A stretch of DNA of 64,000 bases from Geosiphon pyriformis uo1 (taxonomy: Eukaryota; Fungi; Glomeromycota): assembly GCA_016748015.1 (NCBI GenBank), contig JAAOMT010000096.1, positions 133,955-197,954 on the forward strand, written 5' to 3'. The translations under genes were made by a program, and so were the position numbers. The number at the start of each line of letters is the position of its first letter. Position 1 is the first letter of the stretch. Positions 41,062-53,735 of this stretch are shown here, piece after piece. The notes beneath the pieces were generated by a model. It ran no database searches and was not told the DNA's origin. It saw only the letters and a list, made by a program, of their open reading frames with translations.

Positions 41062-41893
41062 GTTAAAAAACAAAATACTTATACATTTACTTTTATTTAT
41101 TATGGTACTATGCCAAATTTGATAGATAACTACTGTACATTTAACATAATCTAAATTAGCCTTCACTGGGTTTAGAGATACTGTCATGAAAATTTTTGAT
41201 TATACTAAATAACACAATAAATTTCTCATCGTAACGTGACCACTCACAATATTAGTTTGAAATTTTACCAGCTCAAACCATTCGGGCCCACAGCATGACT
41301 AAATATGATCAGGTATAAAAATGAATGATTTGCTAGTAAAAAAATATGCTTCTTTTGAATAAAATTAAATTGCTAACTTAAAATTTAAAATTTTGAATGC
41401 TTTGGAATCCCATAGCTACTACTTCAATAATCTGCAGTTTCGATTGGGTGTTAAAAAGATTTTCTACTTATTTCAACTAAGGCTTAGACCGCAAGAATGG
41501 AGTAAGTTTTAGGAAAAATTAATTTTTGTTTCACCATTTTTTATGATGTTTTCTCGACCTCCAATTGTTTTGATTTGATCTTGCAAGATCATTAATGAAA
41601 ATACATGACAATTCTGAGGAATAATTTCAATTTTTCTTTTCGTAATCAATTCTTTACAAGCGATTCATAATTTTTAACCCTCCCCTCGAAATTGTATCAA
41701 TTAGCTTTTTTTTTTACACGTTTAGAACAATTTTCTAGGTAGAATTTGAACTAGCAATCGATTTGATGTTTCTTATTCTTTATTTATTCTATTTCATAAA
41801 GGTAACAGGTATATCTCAAATTTTTAAGATAGAACAAGTTTTACTTGATGGTCACAAAATAAAATGAATCTAAAATTCTTTTAGTGATTTAGT

Positions 41894-42368
41894 TCACATA
41901 TAGCTCCTCTTAGACGTTCCACGGATCCTACCACCCCTTCCTCCACCCCTTCCTCCACCTCTTCCTCCACCTCTTCCTCTCCAATTCGAATTACCCTGAT
42001 CTCTACACTCATAGCTTCCACAATCATTACAAGTTTTTGGAATATCTACGCAGGTTAGAGATGAAGAACACGGGTTAGATGAACAGTGGTCATATGTTGG
42101 ACATTCGGTGCACACGGCTATTTGGGGTAGTTTGGAGAAAAGCAAGAGGCAAAAAAATTTAAACATGAATTACAGCAAATCCTCTTATCGAGAATTTTAT
42201 TCAATGAAATTATAAGGGCAAGAATCAGAAAAAATTAAAAATTTTGTTACTTAATGGCTTTTGATCCAGCTCAGAAGTTGGATGGCTGTCGCAGACCAGG
42301 AAAATCAAGAGAAAAAACGAAAAGATTTTGAAAAGGAAGCTAAGCGTGATTTCATAAAATCCGTACAT
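41894..42368 (-). CDS. Secreted 8-Cys (Opy2-N-like) peptide C with RGG-repeat tail
   Basis: Exon 1 (42368-42251): MYGFYEITLSFLFKIFSFFLLIFLVCDSHPTSELDQKPL. Phase-1 GT-AG intron 42250-42118. Exon 2: TVCTECPTYDHCSSNPCSSSLTCVDIPKTCNDCGSYECRDQGNSNWRGRGGGRGGGRGGGRGGRIRGTSKRSYM*. Confidence 0.8.
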
Positions 42369-42869
42369 TTTTACAGAGAGAATTTCTTGTGAGTCTCAAA
42401 ATTTCAAAGGAACACTGATTAAATATCGTTAATGTGGAAAATTTTTTAATTAAAAGTTTGTCTTTGTTTGATGGTACATTTCTTTTGACCAAAGGATTTA
42501 TAGACTAATTAAGTCAAATATGAAGTACAACCTAATTGTTTTCTAGTTGAATTGCCATATAGAAACTATTTTCATATTATATATGATTCAAAACTCAATA
42601 TACCTTAAAGTCCCAAGAATAAGCAACCACTTAGATTAGGGAGTTGATTTTTTATTTTCAAAAATAGTAAACAAACAGAAGTACAAAATAAATAAATAAA
42701 CCCTATTCTAAAATTAAGTGTGTGTGATTCAAAACTTGATAAAAGATTATTTTATTATGATTATGATTAGGGAAACAATTTAACTTTGATTTTTTTATGA
42801 TATACAAACAATCAAATTATATAATTGAAAATCAAATATTTGTAGTTAGAAGACTAAAGGATAAAAATG

Positions 42870-42950
42870 TCCACCACTACCACCACCACCACTAATACCA
42901 CCACCACCACCACCACCACCAGCTACCATCAGCTACCACCAGCTACCACA
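42870..42950. repeat. (ACC)n-rich trinucleotide repeat
   Basis: Directly visible; produces the poly-Thr ORF at 42867. Confidence 0.85.
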
Positions 42951-43668
42951 ATAACACTCCTACTTCACGCAGCATCTCAGCACCAAATTGGCTCACCCAA
43001 GAAGCTTTTAGTATTAAATAATTCATTGCGGAACGATTCCCAACATGCAAGAAAATATACATTGATTACTTAATGCCTGTATTAACTCTTGTCATTAAAA
43101 AAGTATTCGTACGGTATGAAAAAATAATTATATGAAACTAATTAATTCCAAATAATGTCATCGGAATCATTTTGAAAAAAAAGAAAGGGTCATCACATTT
43201 TGGATAATTTGCCTAATATTATTTTTTTTAAACTAACCATTGTTTCTAATGAAATATTAATATATATATTAAATTTTTATTAAAAGTTATTTTTATACAG
43301 GTGGTATATTGAATTGTTAAGAGATTTAAAAGTAATGCTTTTTTTTTTTCTTTAAAAAATTTCAAAATGAAATCATTTATTAAATTTTTTGTCATAATGA
43401 AATCATCTATTAAATTTCAACTCTTGATTAGTTCAAATAAATAAATAAATAAATAAATAAATTTTTTTTTCCATGCATTTAAATGAATGAGAAGTTTACT
43501 AAATTTAATTTTCCGTTAGTACCACGTGTTTCAGAAGATTTTAAATAAGGTACCCATTATTCGATAAATTAGTGGTTTAAAAATTATTAAAAATTGTCAA
43601 ATTTTTCTTTTAATCAAACAAAACAGACGGATTTTCTAAAGGTTGAAAATAATAGGCTAATAATAGGC

Positions 43669-43703
<35 letters not shown>

Positions 43704-44914
43704 GTCTTATATCTTTATGTTTTAATAAGGTTTTAAATAATTAAGGGGATGAACAAATTGTTTTGAATTTCAGGGTTTAAATTGTATTACATAATGCTTC
43801 AATGAATGCCTTATATTGTGAATTTTGGGATTCGAAGATCTAGTCACGCAGCATGATTTCTTACACATGATATGATTTGCTTAGAATCTCAAACAAAGAT
43901 TGTTACACTAACGTAAAACTTACGAATTAAAAGCTTTAGGTATAAAATACAAGATCTGAAAAAAAGATTTAGATCAATAAAGAAAAAACTTTCATAACGG
44001 AGGATATTTTTATCATTGATTTGCTGCTTCAAGATTTTAGGTGACACATTTGATGGAAAATATGATAAAAAGCTTTAATTTCTAAATATAAATTAAATCT
44101 ATTCCAAAAAAAGAATTTTCTCGGAGCAGATTTCATACCTTTTAAGAAATAAGCGTTAAATAATAACGGATAAATAAGCATAAAAATTAACCGACATACT
44201 TTTATTTTGGGAACACCGTATTTAAGAAAGTATAACGGAAATGAGCTTTTTTAATTGTATTCGTTAATTTAAAATTTTTTAGAATTCATGGAAGCTTCTT
44301 TAAATTTTGTATAGGTTCAAATGGTATATTATTTTTTATCCAAAACATGAGATATTTGCTTTAAATTATTAATATAAAATTATTTTGTTATCTAATAAAG
44401 GAATAAAATCAACTTCTAAACTATTGATGAGAATATTGAGCATTAAAAAATAAATTTTTGGAAATCAAAGATTTCGAAACTTTTTCTATTTATAATCTTT
44501 ACCAAAAAATAATAATTTATTTTTCGAATTTTAATAGATCCAAAAAAGAATCAAATAATATAAAGAAAATTTTAAAAATAATTTTCTTATTTTAAACTGC
44601 ATTTTCACATAATTTTGATTCTTTCTTTTTAATTAAAAAATTAGGATTAAAACTAATTATAATTTTCTAAAGAAGAGTTACTCAATCACCAAACATTTTA
44701 TCTGTTCAAAATTAATCAATTTCAAGGTCTTTCTTTTTTAGGAAAAAATGGCTGATTGTGGCTTCTTTGTTGATCTAAAAAGCCATCAAAGTTTGACTTC
44801 CATCATCATGATGGTATTGTAAATTATAAATTGTTAAATATCCTGATTGAAAAAATTCGTGTCAAAAACAAATTTCTTTTATTTTTGATTCAAAATAATT
44901 TTTCAACTAAAATT

Positions 44915-45319
44915 ATGAAAATTCACAATTTATTCATTGAATTATATTTTAACATCGTAATAGTTATACTGTTATGTATATTTTTCATGGTAAACTACAC
45001 GCTATCAAATCGTTACAATCAACAATCAAAATTAGGTATAATTGATATTACAAAAAAAAATATACTTTTTAAAATCTCTAAATACTCAATTCACATTCTT
45101 ACCTTTTTTTTTTTTTTTTTTTTTTTTTTCTTAGTATCTCGTTGTCTATTACTCGACCCTTGCCCAAAGAATCCACCACAATGTGATCCTCACTGTGCAT
45201 CAGATGAATTATGCGTAATAGTAAATCCTTATTGCAGGTGTCGAACTTCTGAATGTCGAAAAATTGACACTATACCAAAAATAAAGCCATCATGGGAGCC
45301 TAAAAGATTAGATGAGTAA
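44915..45319 (+). CDS. Secreted 8-Cys peptide D
   Basis: ATG at 44915 with a hydrophobic leader. 99-nt GT-AG intron at 45036-45134 with a poly-T tract. Then VSRCLLLDPCPKNPPQCDPHCASDELCVIVNPYCRCRTSECRKIDTIPKIKPSWEPKRLDE*. Confidence 0.8.
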   Translation: MKIHNLFIELYFNIVIVILLCIFFMVNYTLSNRYNQQSKLGIIDITKKNILFKISKYSIHILTFFFFFFFFFLVSRCLLLDPCPKNPPQCDPHCASDELCVIVNPYCRCRTSECRKIDTIPKIKPSWEPKRLDE

Positions 45320-45975
45320 TAGTTGAATTATATCAATCTTTATCATGAGACTCAATGAGATAAGCTCTATAAAATTCTTTTGGTGAGAGGGGGGACGCAA
45401 ATGATTAGTTTCTTTGTTATAATTTTTAACCTTGAACTTTTAATAGCTTTTATTGATTTCTATAAATTCTTCTTTAAACAATCATACTTTTTCTGGAATA
45501 GTAATTAATTTTGGGACATTATTGACATTATTGACATTATTAAATTAAATATTTATATTAATTAAAGATGATTTTTATCTCGCAATCAAATTTGTTGTGA
45601 TAAACGTATTTCACAAGTTTAGCAAAAAAATCATGGAGATTGATTCCAAAAATATCTCTTTAGTACAAATATATAAATATTTATTCAATTAAAAAAATGC
45701 CTAGTATAGAAAGATACCTTGAAAACAAAAAATTAAATTCTTAAACACTTTATTACTTTATTACTTGACCAAACTAAATTTTTCTCATGAGAATTAATTT
45801 AATTTCTAAATATTTAATTTTATCCAAACAAACAATAAAAACTAGGTCCAATGTAATTAAAATTGCTTTCCTGGATAAAAAAATAAAAATAAAAAACCTA
45901 CTTGATCTTTAATGTTTATTTCTCAATTATTAAATGATGTGGAACATTACTTAATAGCAAGAAATTCTAAACCCT

Positions 45976-46014
<39 letters not shown>

Positions 46015-46502
46015 CTTTTTTTTTAAAATTAANNNNNNNNNNNNNNNNNNNNNNNNNNNNNNNNNNNNNNNNNNNNNNNNNNNNAGATAGGAGATTTTAC
46101 TATTTCAGTTTCATTAATTTTACAAGTTATTCTTTGTCTCACAGAAAACTCAGATTTCTTTCATTTATAATTAGTACAACCTCACCCCAAGATAACAATT
46201 GGCTTCCTCAAAGAGTTTTCCAGGAAATGTAGGAGGTTAGCAACTGTATGATCAAAAGAATGAAACATGCTTCAATAAACTAAACTAAACTAAACTAAAG
46301 TCAAATACATATGGTTATTAATAAATATTTTATTAAAGAAAAAGTTTCTTTTCATGACTTCTCATTAAGATTTGATTATAAAAGGAATTGTACTTCTTTG
46401 GTCAGCCAAGATTTTAGCCTTCCGTTGTCAAATTTACTGAGGTTTTAATTTTATCATCGTTCAAATTTTAAGAAATAAGAAAGCGTATTACCCCTTGAAA
46501 AA

Positions 46503-47087
46503 ATGAGATTAATTGTGGCAATTAGTTTCTTCTTTGTTCTTGTTCTCTTTGAAAGAACTTATTCAATAGCTTTAGAAGGGAATGATTGCGTAATCTGCAC
46601 CCAACAGGTCCCACAATGCCCAGCTACTTGTCCAATGAATCAAGAATGTACAATCATTGGGCAAACGTGCACTCAATGCTCACGAGCGGTCTGCCAAAAC
46701 TCATCTACCGATCCCCCCAAAGAAGAGCCTGATCATGTTGCTTGTGTAAATTGTTTGGTCGGATGTCCACCGAATTATTGTAAAGGGGGCTTGGTCTGTG
46801 TGGTTGTTGGCGCTGGTTGTAATAGTTGTGGGCAGGCTGTTTGTCAGCCACCAGGAGTGAGTATTATTATTATTATTATTATTATTATCCATCGTAAAAA
46901 TTTTGTTTTCAATTAATTAATTCAGCTTTAATTTATGTGTCTTTAGAATGATGGGAAAGGAAATGGTGGGAAAGGAAATGGTTGGAAAGGAAATGGTTGG
47001 AAAGGAAATAGTGGGAAAGGAAATGGTGGGAAAGGAAATGGTTGGAAAGGAAATGGTTGGAAAATAAATGGTTGGAAAAGGAAATAA
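46503..47087 (+). CDS. Secreted protein E: two 8-Cys Opy2-N-like modules + (NG[G/W]KG)9 tail, 164 aa
   Basis: Signal peptide MRLIVAISFFFVLVLFERTYS. Module 1 is CVICTQQVPQCPATCPMNQECTIIGQTCTQCSRAVC. Phase-0 intron at 46857-46946 (GTGAGT..TTAG). Exon 2 reads NDGKG NGGKG NGWKG NGWKG NSGKG NGGKG NGWKG NGWKI NGWKR K*. TATAAAA at ~46377. Confidence 0.85.
46947..47081 (+). repeat. 15-bp coding minisatellite, 9 units (AATGGT[G/T]GGAAAGGA)
   Basis: Directly visible; in frame with gene E after splicing. Confidence 0.92.
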
Positions 47088-50000
47088 AGTCACATTTAGC
47101 TGAGAATAATATAATTTTATATACTTATAGTATTTCGATACTAATTCCTGCTTATAGATTACTTTAAAATTCCTACCTGTTATAAATCTCCATATTGTAA
47201 AAAGGAGAAAAGAAAGTTTCAATTTTTTGTATCTAGATTATAAGATTAATATTGCTCAAAAGTTTTTGGAAAAGAAAATTTTGATCATTTGTCTAATTAT
47301 AAAATATTTTTAAATCCTTGAAATAATTCAAGTTTAATTATTTACATTATTAATGAAAATAAATAAAAATTTCAAGTTGTTTATCATTTGATAAATGTAA
47401 TTTACTTTAACTTTTTATCATTAAATTAAACAGGCTAAGTATGCTTATTTTAAGTTAATGATATTTTCTTTATATTTTTTTTAAAAATTTCTATTCAATC
47501 TTGTAAAATCAATCTTTGACTGGTTCAGAATTCGTGATGCGAATCAAAAATCATTTTTTTTTAGAAAAAACTAGCAATAAATTATCCTTAATTTGATTTT
47601 TATATTAAAAAAAAAACAAATTAGGACTTGAAAAATTTTCGATATAATCAAAATAACTCAAATAATGTGTGTGAAAACTTGACTGAAATTCTTGATTTGG
47701 ATAAATTAATTGTTTTTTTTTTAATTTCATTTTAGCTCAAAAAAATAAATCAATTTTGGTTACCTCAAAATAAAATTTCGTTATTTGATCGGAATTATTG
47801 AAAACTCAACCTTTAATATTATTTTAAATATATTGTTTAAACTACCATTTATTTTTAAATCAGATATTTTAAATTCCGAGTAATTAAGGAAGAAAGAAAA
47901 AACCAGTTATATAACTGAGGATGGGAGTAGGTGTATGTTTATATAGAAGATCTTTATTTAAACTATCAAAACTTTTCCTAATTAAAAACAACTATTAGTA
48001 CCATTAATTCTTTCTTAATAATTTACATCGAAATTTTTTAGATTGAATTTTTGCCATGTTTTAAAAGAAGCGATATACTATCATTTCGCATATTAAATAA
48101 CTGTTTATTACTTTTGATAGATTTTATAAGAGCTATATCTTATCGAAAAGATTCTTTTGCAAAAATTCGATTATCAAGTTGCTTCCAATTAATGTTTGGG
48201 TAAAACATAGTTTTCGGAATTGACATTTTTAATAAAAGATCTTGAAGACGAGCAAAAATATCTGATTGTATATATATATATATATGGAAATTGTGATATT
48301 CGAATTTCACTTTGTGTATGTCGTTATTTTTGATAGACTTTATGTATCAAATATATAAATTGACCAAATAATTAATCTCATTATTTAAAAAAAAATTAAA
48401 AAGAAAAGCAATTTTAAATTAACAAGTATTTTATTTGATCTTAAATATTTTAGTGCTTATTGTAAAATACTGAATGCAAATCAGTTTTATGCTTAAGAAA
48501 CTTATGATAATCTATTAAAAATATAATTAAGAGTAAAGTTAATTTGCTTAAAAACTTTTTTTCAAATACTATTTATTATTTAAGATTATATAAGATGAAA
48601 TTTTTTAATTAAACATGAAGCACAAACAAACTAACAGAAGTGCTAAAATGCATTAATAATAATAATAATAATAATAATATAAATAAATTGTTTTTGAACA
48701 AAGCTTTGGATTTGCAACTAAAGAAATAATTAATTAATAGTCTTTTTGTTAATATTCGTTAAACTAAGAGCAAATTTTGTTGAAATTTGATTGGTTCTAA
48801 TATTGGTTGTTAAATAGATATGCCATGTTTTTTAGTAAAATCTTGCCAAATTTAGTTTTTTTTTTTCAAGATTATGCATTGGTTTTAAAGAGTTTAATGA
48901 ATCTTGACCTTTAATAAACAAAAATTTGCTTAAAAAATTAGATAATAAAAGTAATATGAGTATATTATAGACATGTTTAAAAGATTGAAAAAATTAGACT
49001 TCAAAAGTGTCATGCCTGGTTTTTTTAACCATTTTATAAAATTTTTAGATAGTAAACATTGTCACTCAATAAATTGTTATTTATATCTGAATTAAACATT
49101 TAGTGTTTAAATAATGAGCAAATTTACATAATGGTTTAGTAATAAATTGGGTGACAATAATGTGTCGTATAAGGCTACAGTTTACTTTCAAGAGATTAAT
49201 AAAAAATTAAATGCCCCTTTAATAATATTGTTTTTCCACTTTTACTGAATTGAAAGATATTATCGTGGGTTTTTTATGTATTCCAAGAGGTTTTTGTTTT
49301 AATATATTGTTAAATACTCAAGCTATATTAGAAAAAAAAGAATAGAATTGACAAATCACATAATGTTGTTTTGGAAGATAGGGTCATGTTTAGGATAAAT
49401 CATTTGAATTATTTTCTGGTCAGACTAATTAAAGAACATATTAAATTAAAATATATTTTTACAATTGTTTATTTATTTTTTTATATTTCATAATTTTGTC
49501 TATTGCAAGTGGTTTTTCTTCAAGTTTTTAAGAAGCAAAGGGATAAGTTGGGACAGAATGGTGGATAAATAAAACGGATAGTACCGGGAATAAATCAGAA
49601 ATTTGGTGAAACTAGTGGTAAACAAGATTGACATTTATGCATTGGTTTTTTTTTTTGAAATTTGGAAACACAATAAATTTTGCATAAAAATATATTTGTT
49701 TTTGAAGAATTTTAAAGAAACCAGTTTAGATTATATAATTAAATAATACATAATTGAATACTAACATTATTAAAACTTATAAAAAATTTTATATTTTATT
49801 GTTTTTGATACATAATTTAGTTTTAAGTAATTTTCAATTTAAAAATAATTTATTTTTTGGAAATCAAATTTAAATGTGATTTGAACTAAGATTTATAAAT
49901 AAATTGAGTTAAAATTATACCTTTTAAGAAATCATTATTTAAAATCTTTATTTGATTCAAAATAAACTATATTTTAATACACTAATAATAAGTTTATTAA

Positions 50001-51029
50001 CATAATGCCTGTGTCAATAAAAAATATATTATCATGATAAAACTGCAAAATTTATGATTATTATATTACAAATTAATTCAAAATTAAAATTAAGAATTTT
50101 TTTTAAGTTTAAAAAAATGTTTAATGATCGAATTAAAAAATCAGACCCCAAATCAATTTAAGCGATATAAAATTGAGAAACTCACTTTATATTCTACTTA
50201 ATTATAAAATAATAACAACTATTATAGTAGTTATTCTTGGATTTCATGAGAGCGTTCAAAAAATATCAACGAAACTGTTAAAAGAGAATTTGGTATGGTT
50301 CATTGTGATTTACACTAGAACAACATCTTACATGAAAAAGAATACCCATTTATGATATATTAGTATTTATAATAAATTAATAAAACTATATATATTTTAA
50401 AAAACTCGAATATATTTTTTTGCTGATTTAAAATTATTAATTGATTGATTGATTGATTGCTTTTTTATGATTAAGAATGCTCATTTATTTAATTCTTTTC
50501 TTTGTCATGTGAGAACTGGGATTAGAGATAGATTTGCATGCATTTAATAAAAACAAAAAATCAAAGGTGTGGAGTTTTTTATTGTAGATATGTCCTTTTT
50601 TTTCGATACAATTTCAATACAAAGTGTTTTTCATTTTTCTTTTTGAACAGTTTTTTTTTTAAATGAAATGAAATGAAATTCAATATAAATAAATCATTGC
50701 TTAACTTTTCAAACTTTGAAATTTATTATCTTTTAAAAATATGAAAAAAAATACTTTTCAAATAAAATTATTTCAATATAAAAAATTATTATTCAATTTT
50801 TTTGTGTAATATCTCTTTAGTATTTTATTTAATACAATTGATTCAATAAAATCTTATACAAGTTATCTATAGTGAAATATTTAAATTTAATTCTTAGAAT
50901 AAAAATTTTAAAATGATGAAAATTCAAAATATTTTATGAAAAGATAAAAGCAAAAGCCTTGATATGCTTAAATAGTAAAAACCTTTATTCCCTTTATACT
51001 TCTTCAAAAAACGAAGTGTATGATAATAG

Positions 51030-51726
51030 CTATCCCAAACTGGTTTGAAAAAGTTTCTTTAATGTTTCATTCTCTTTCTTGAGTTTTTCTATTTCTTCTT
51101 TCAATTGTATAATGAAAAATAAAAGTGAGTTAATTCAATCAAAATTTTCTGCTTGGCCTTGACTGTTAATCCTCTGATCCGTTAAATTCAAATCGGGGAT
51201 AGATGTGAAGGATTGATTTTGTTTCAAGGTAATAAAAGCGGTTGATTATTTAGCGTGAAGATTCCTGGTGTATTATCTGTCACGATCAATTCATCAAGAA
51301 GTGGGTTCGTAATGTCTTCAAAATTTTGAGTATCCAAAGGATCAAAGGAGGAAAAGTCTCCTGAGAAAGATTCAAAAAAAGATTTTTCAAATGAAGCCTA
51401 GTTTGAATTTAAATCTTTCATTAAAAATATTTTTTGCATTTTGCATTCTTAACAGATTCTGGTTCTTCCTTCCATAATTGACCAGCAATTGATGAAACTT
51501 TTGACATGTCAATTGAAATTTTTTTGGCTTTAATCTGAAACGTGTAGTTCTTAAGGTAAAGAATAAAAGCATTCGCAGGTTTAGTTGGGGTTCTTCCTTT
51601 GCGCGTAACTCATGGAACTAGGTCATTAATAGTAAGAAGAGGTGGATAAGTTGGTTTGAATGAAATTTGAATTAGCCCATTTATTGTGTCTGAAGTGGCT
51701 TGAAGAGAATCATTTTGAGGTAACAT
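51030..51726 (-). pseudogene. MATA_HMG-type HMG-box transcription factor pseudogene
   Basis: MLPQND..KPTYPPLLTINDLVP*VTRKGRTPTKPANAFILYLKNY..(frameshift)..MSKVSSIAGQLWKEEPESVKN, then a C-terminal coiled coil QLKEEIEKLKKENETLK..LG*. Stop at 51610-51612. Confidence 0.8.
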
Positions 51727-52459
51727 ATTATTATTATTATTATTATTATTAAAAGGTTTTTTAAGTAAAGTGATTATTTCGATTCAAGCGATCTAATGAG
51801 TAAAATTTACGTGTTCAAGGTTGTTCGATTTTATAAGAATTTTCGTATAGAAGCGACGCATATATACTTTGCGCGACTGTGTAACGATTGGTGGGTGGCG
51901 CAAATCATTCAATGGTTGAGACAAAGCAACTTTTGTGTACGACGGGATTTTATTTTGATGGTAACTTTTGTAACCGGTAAAGAAATTAGCCCTCATAGGT
52001 CAGAATTTGGTTTTTAAATACTCAAAACTTTCAAGCGGCAAACTTGGTGTTTCCTTATTTTTGAAGTTTGTGGGTATTTGTCCATTTTTGAGCAACTCAA
52101 ACAAATCGTTTTTGGCTTTTCGAAAAACTTTTCCCACCATAATAAAGTTGATGATTCTTAACTAAACAATTAAATTAAAAGACGTTCACAATCACAAAAT
52201 AAAGTGCCGATCGACCTTTTAAACTAAAATTTATCTAATTTCCCCACTGTTATATATATATATATGACAAATTTTGGGGGCTGCTTCAGACTAAATAAAA
52301 TTCGTTCAAACGTGCCTGGTTTGCAGATAAAGATATTTTTATTATACAGTCAATTATTTTAAGAAAATATTTTAGTGCACGTGAATATCTAAGAAACGAG
52401 CGTTGTCAACCTCTAGTAATAATGTTATTCGGGCTAGTAAAAACGATCTCAAATTTTTA

Positions 52460-53735
52460 TGAATGGTATATTTTTTTCACAAAGAAATTAAATTAATTAA
52501 TTAAAATAGCATTAATAATTTCTCTTTTGTACAAAAGAGAAATAAACAAGAGTAGAGTTACAGAAATCCACATTACTAGACCAATCACTATCTGAATGGC
52601 TAGCATATTTTCCTGAGGTGACCGAAAATGTTGATTCACAATTGTGAAAAGATGTAAAATTGTTATTCCCTGAGTTAGTTCAAGAGCACTTTGAATAAAC
52701 CCTTCAAATGTGAGAATTAATAAAATTATATTTGCTGAACATGATCTTGGTGTGGAAGATTTTTACCTAAACATTTTTATATTTTTAGTAATAAAAAATA
52801 AACCTCAAATTATATTTTAGCTTTCAATAATAATATTTATTATTTGTTCAATATAATGGCATACGCTTCAATTGCTAGTTTTTAGTAGTAGGCAATTGAA
52901 ATGTATATATATAATCATACAAGAGAAACCTTGGCCTGAAAATTAATTTCGGCACAGTTAATCAGGATATCGTTACTTTTGTAGCTTCGAAAGTTGGGAA
53001 TAAGGAATTTTGGTGTAAGACTGAATAAAGTAATCTACCATTACCGAATCATCTATAGAAAATGGAGTGGAAAATTTTTGTATTGAAATATGGATCGAAC
53101 TATTAAACACATGTGATTATCCAAAGGATCAAAAGATATAGATATATTGTGATTGTGATTGTGATTACACTGAGCTTGAAACGGGGAAAACAAAGACAAA
53201 GCTGGATTGCTAGAATATATTCTGATGAGAATAAGGTTCAGCACACATTTATCCAGTTATGAAAAATTTTTATCTTAGAAAACTGAAAAATTTGTGATAT
53301 TTATTTTAGGAATGTTACTTTCCAGCATTCATAATATAGTTCAATGTGATTTTCTAATCACTTTTTTATATTTCTCTAATTTGATCATTAGACAATTGTG
53401 GTTCTATCAACATTTCAAAAAGTATTCTTTCTCTAGTTAGGTTTCAAAACATTATGCTCATGTGGTAATCTTGTTCCGATTTTCAACTGAGTGAACAACC
53501 AGAAAGAAAATCATGGATTTTGTTTTGACAGAACTCAGAGTAATGAAATTGTGTAGAAATGATAATGAAAAATTATTAAACAACAATTTTGAATATCTAC
53601 AGTTAGATTAGATGATGAAACGGGAATCTAAAAATCTTCTAAATAAAGATAACTACATTTTGATGAATGTACATAGGCCCAAAAATAAGAAATGTTTTAG
53701 ACTTTTGATACTTTTGGTATCAATTTTGGTCACAA
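52460..53735 (+). pseudogene. Possible decayed class-3 lipase-like gene
   Basis: Scattered fragments in plausible order: MAYASIA ~52856, NGVENF.IEIW ~53061, GNLVPIF ~53464, HGF ~53512, VH..GP / YF-GINFG ~53669-53730. The catalytic GHSxGG motif is not visible. Confidence 0.3.

Larger units (their letters stand above)
43240..47920 (+). repeat. Segmental duplication, copy 1 (paralogous to 54120-57695)
   Basis: Colinear anchors at 43245/54123, 43300/55052, 43614/55521, 43997/55981, 46286/56260, 47087/57099 and ~47870/57642. 44222-46180 (containing gene D) is absent from copy 2. Confidence 0.9.

Noticed and set aside
42867-43073. Poly-Thr ORF
   Set aside because: Arises from an (ACC)n microsatellite; no other coding signal.
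46947-47081. CRISPR-like array
   Set aside because: Contiguous tandem units with no unique spacers, in a eukaryotic context with no cas genes.
46917-47222. Minus-strand ORF with (FPTIS)n repeats
   Set aside because: Antisense reading of the 15-bp repeat that is better explained as exon 2 of gene E.
49200-49640. Slightly GC-richer patch with a PTYP-like fragment (second HMG relic?)
   Set aside because: No HMG core motif could be read.
51030-51726. Mating-type locus
   Set aside because: The HMG gene is disrupted and belongs to a large family; no MAT-linked synteny is visible.
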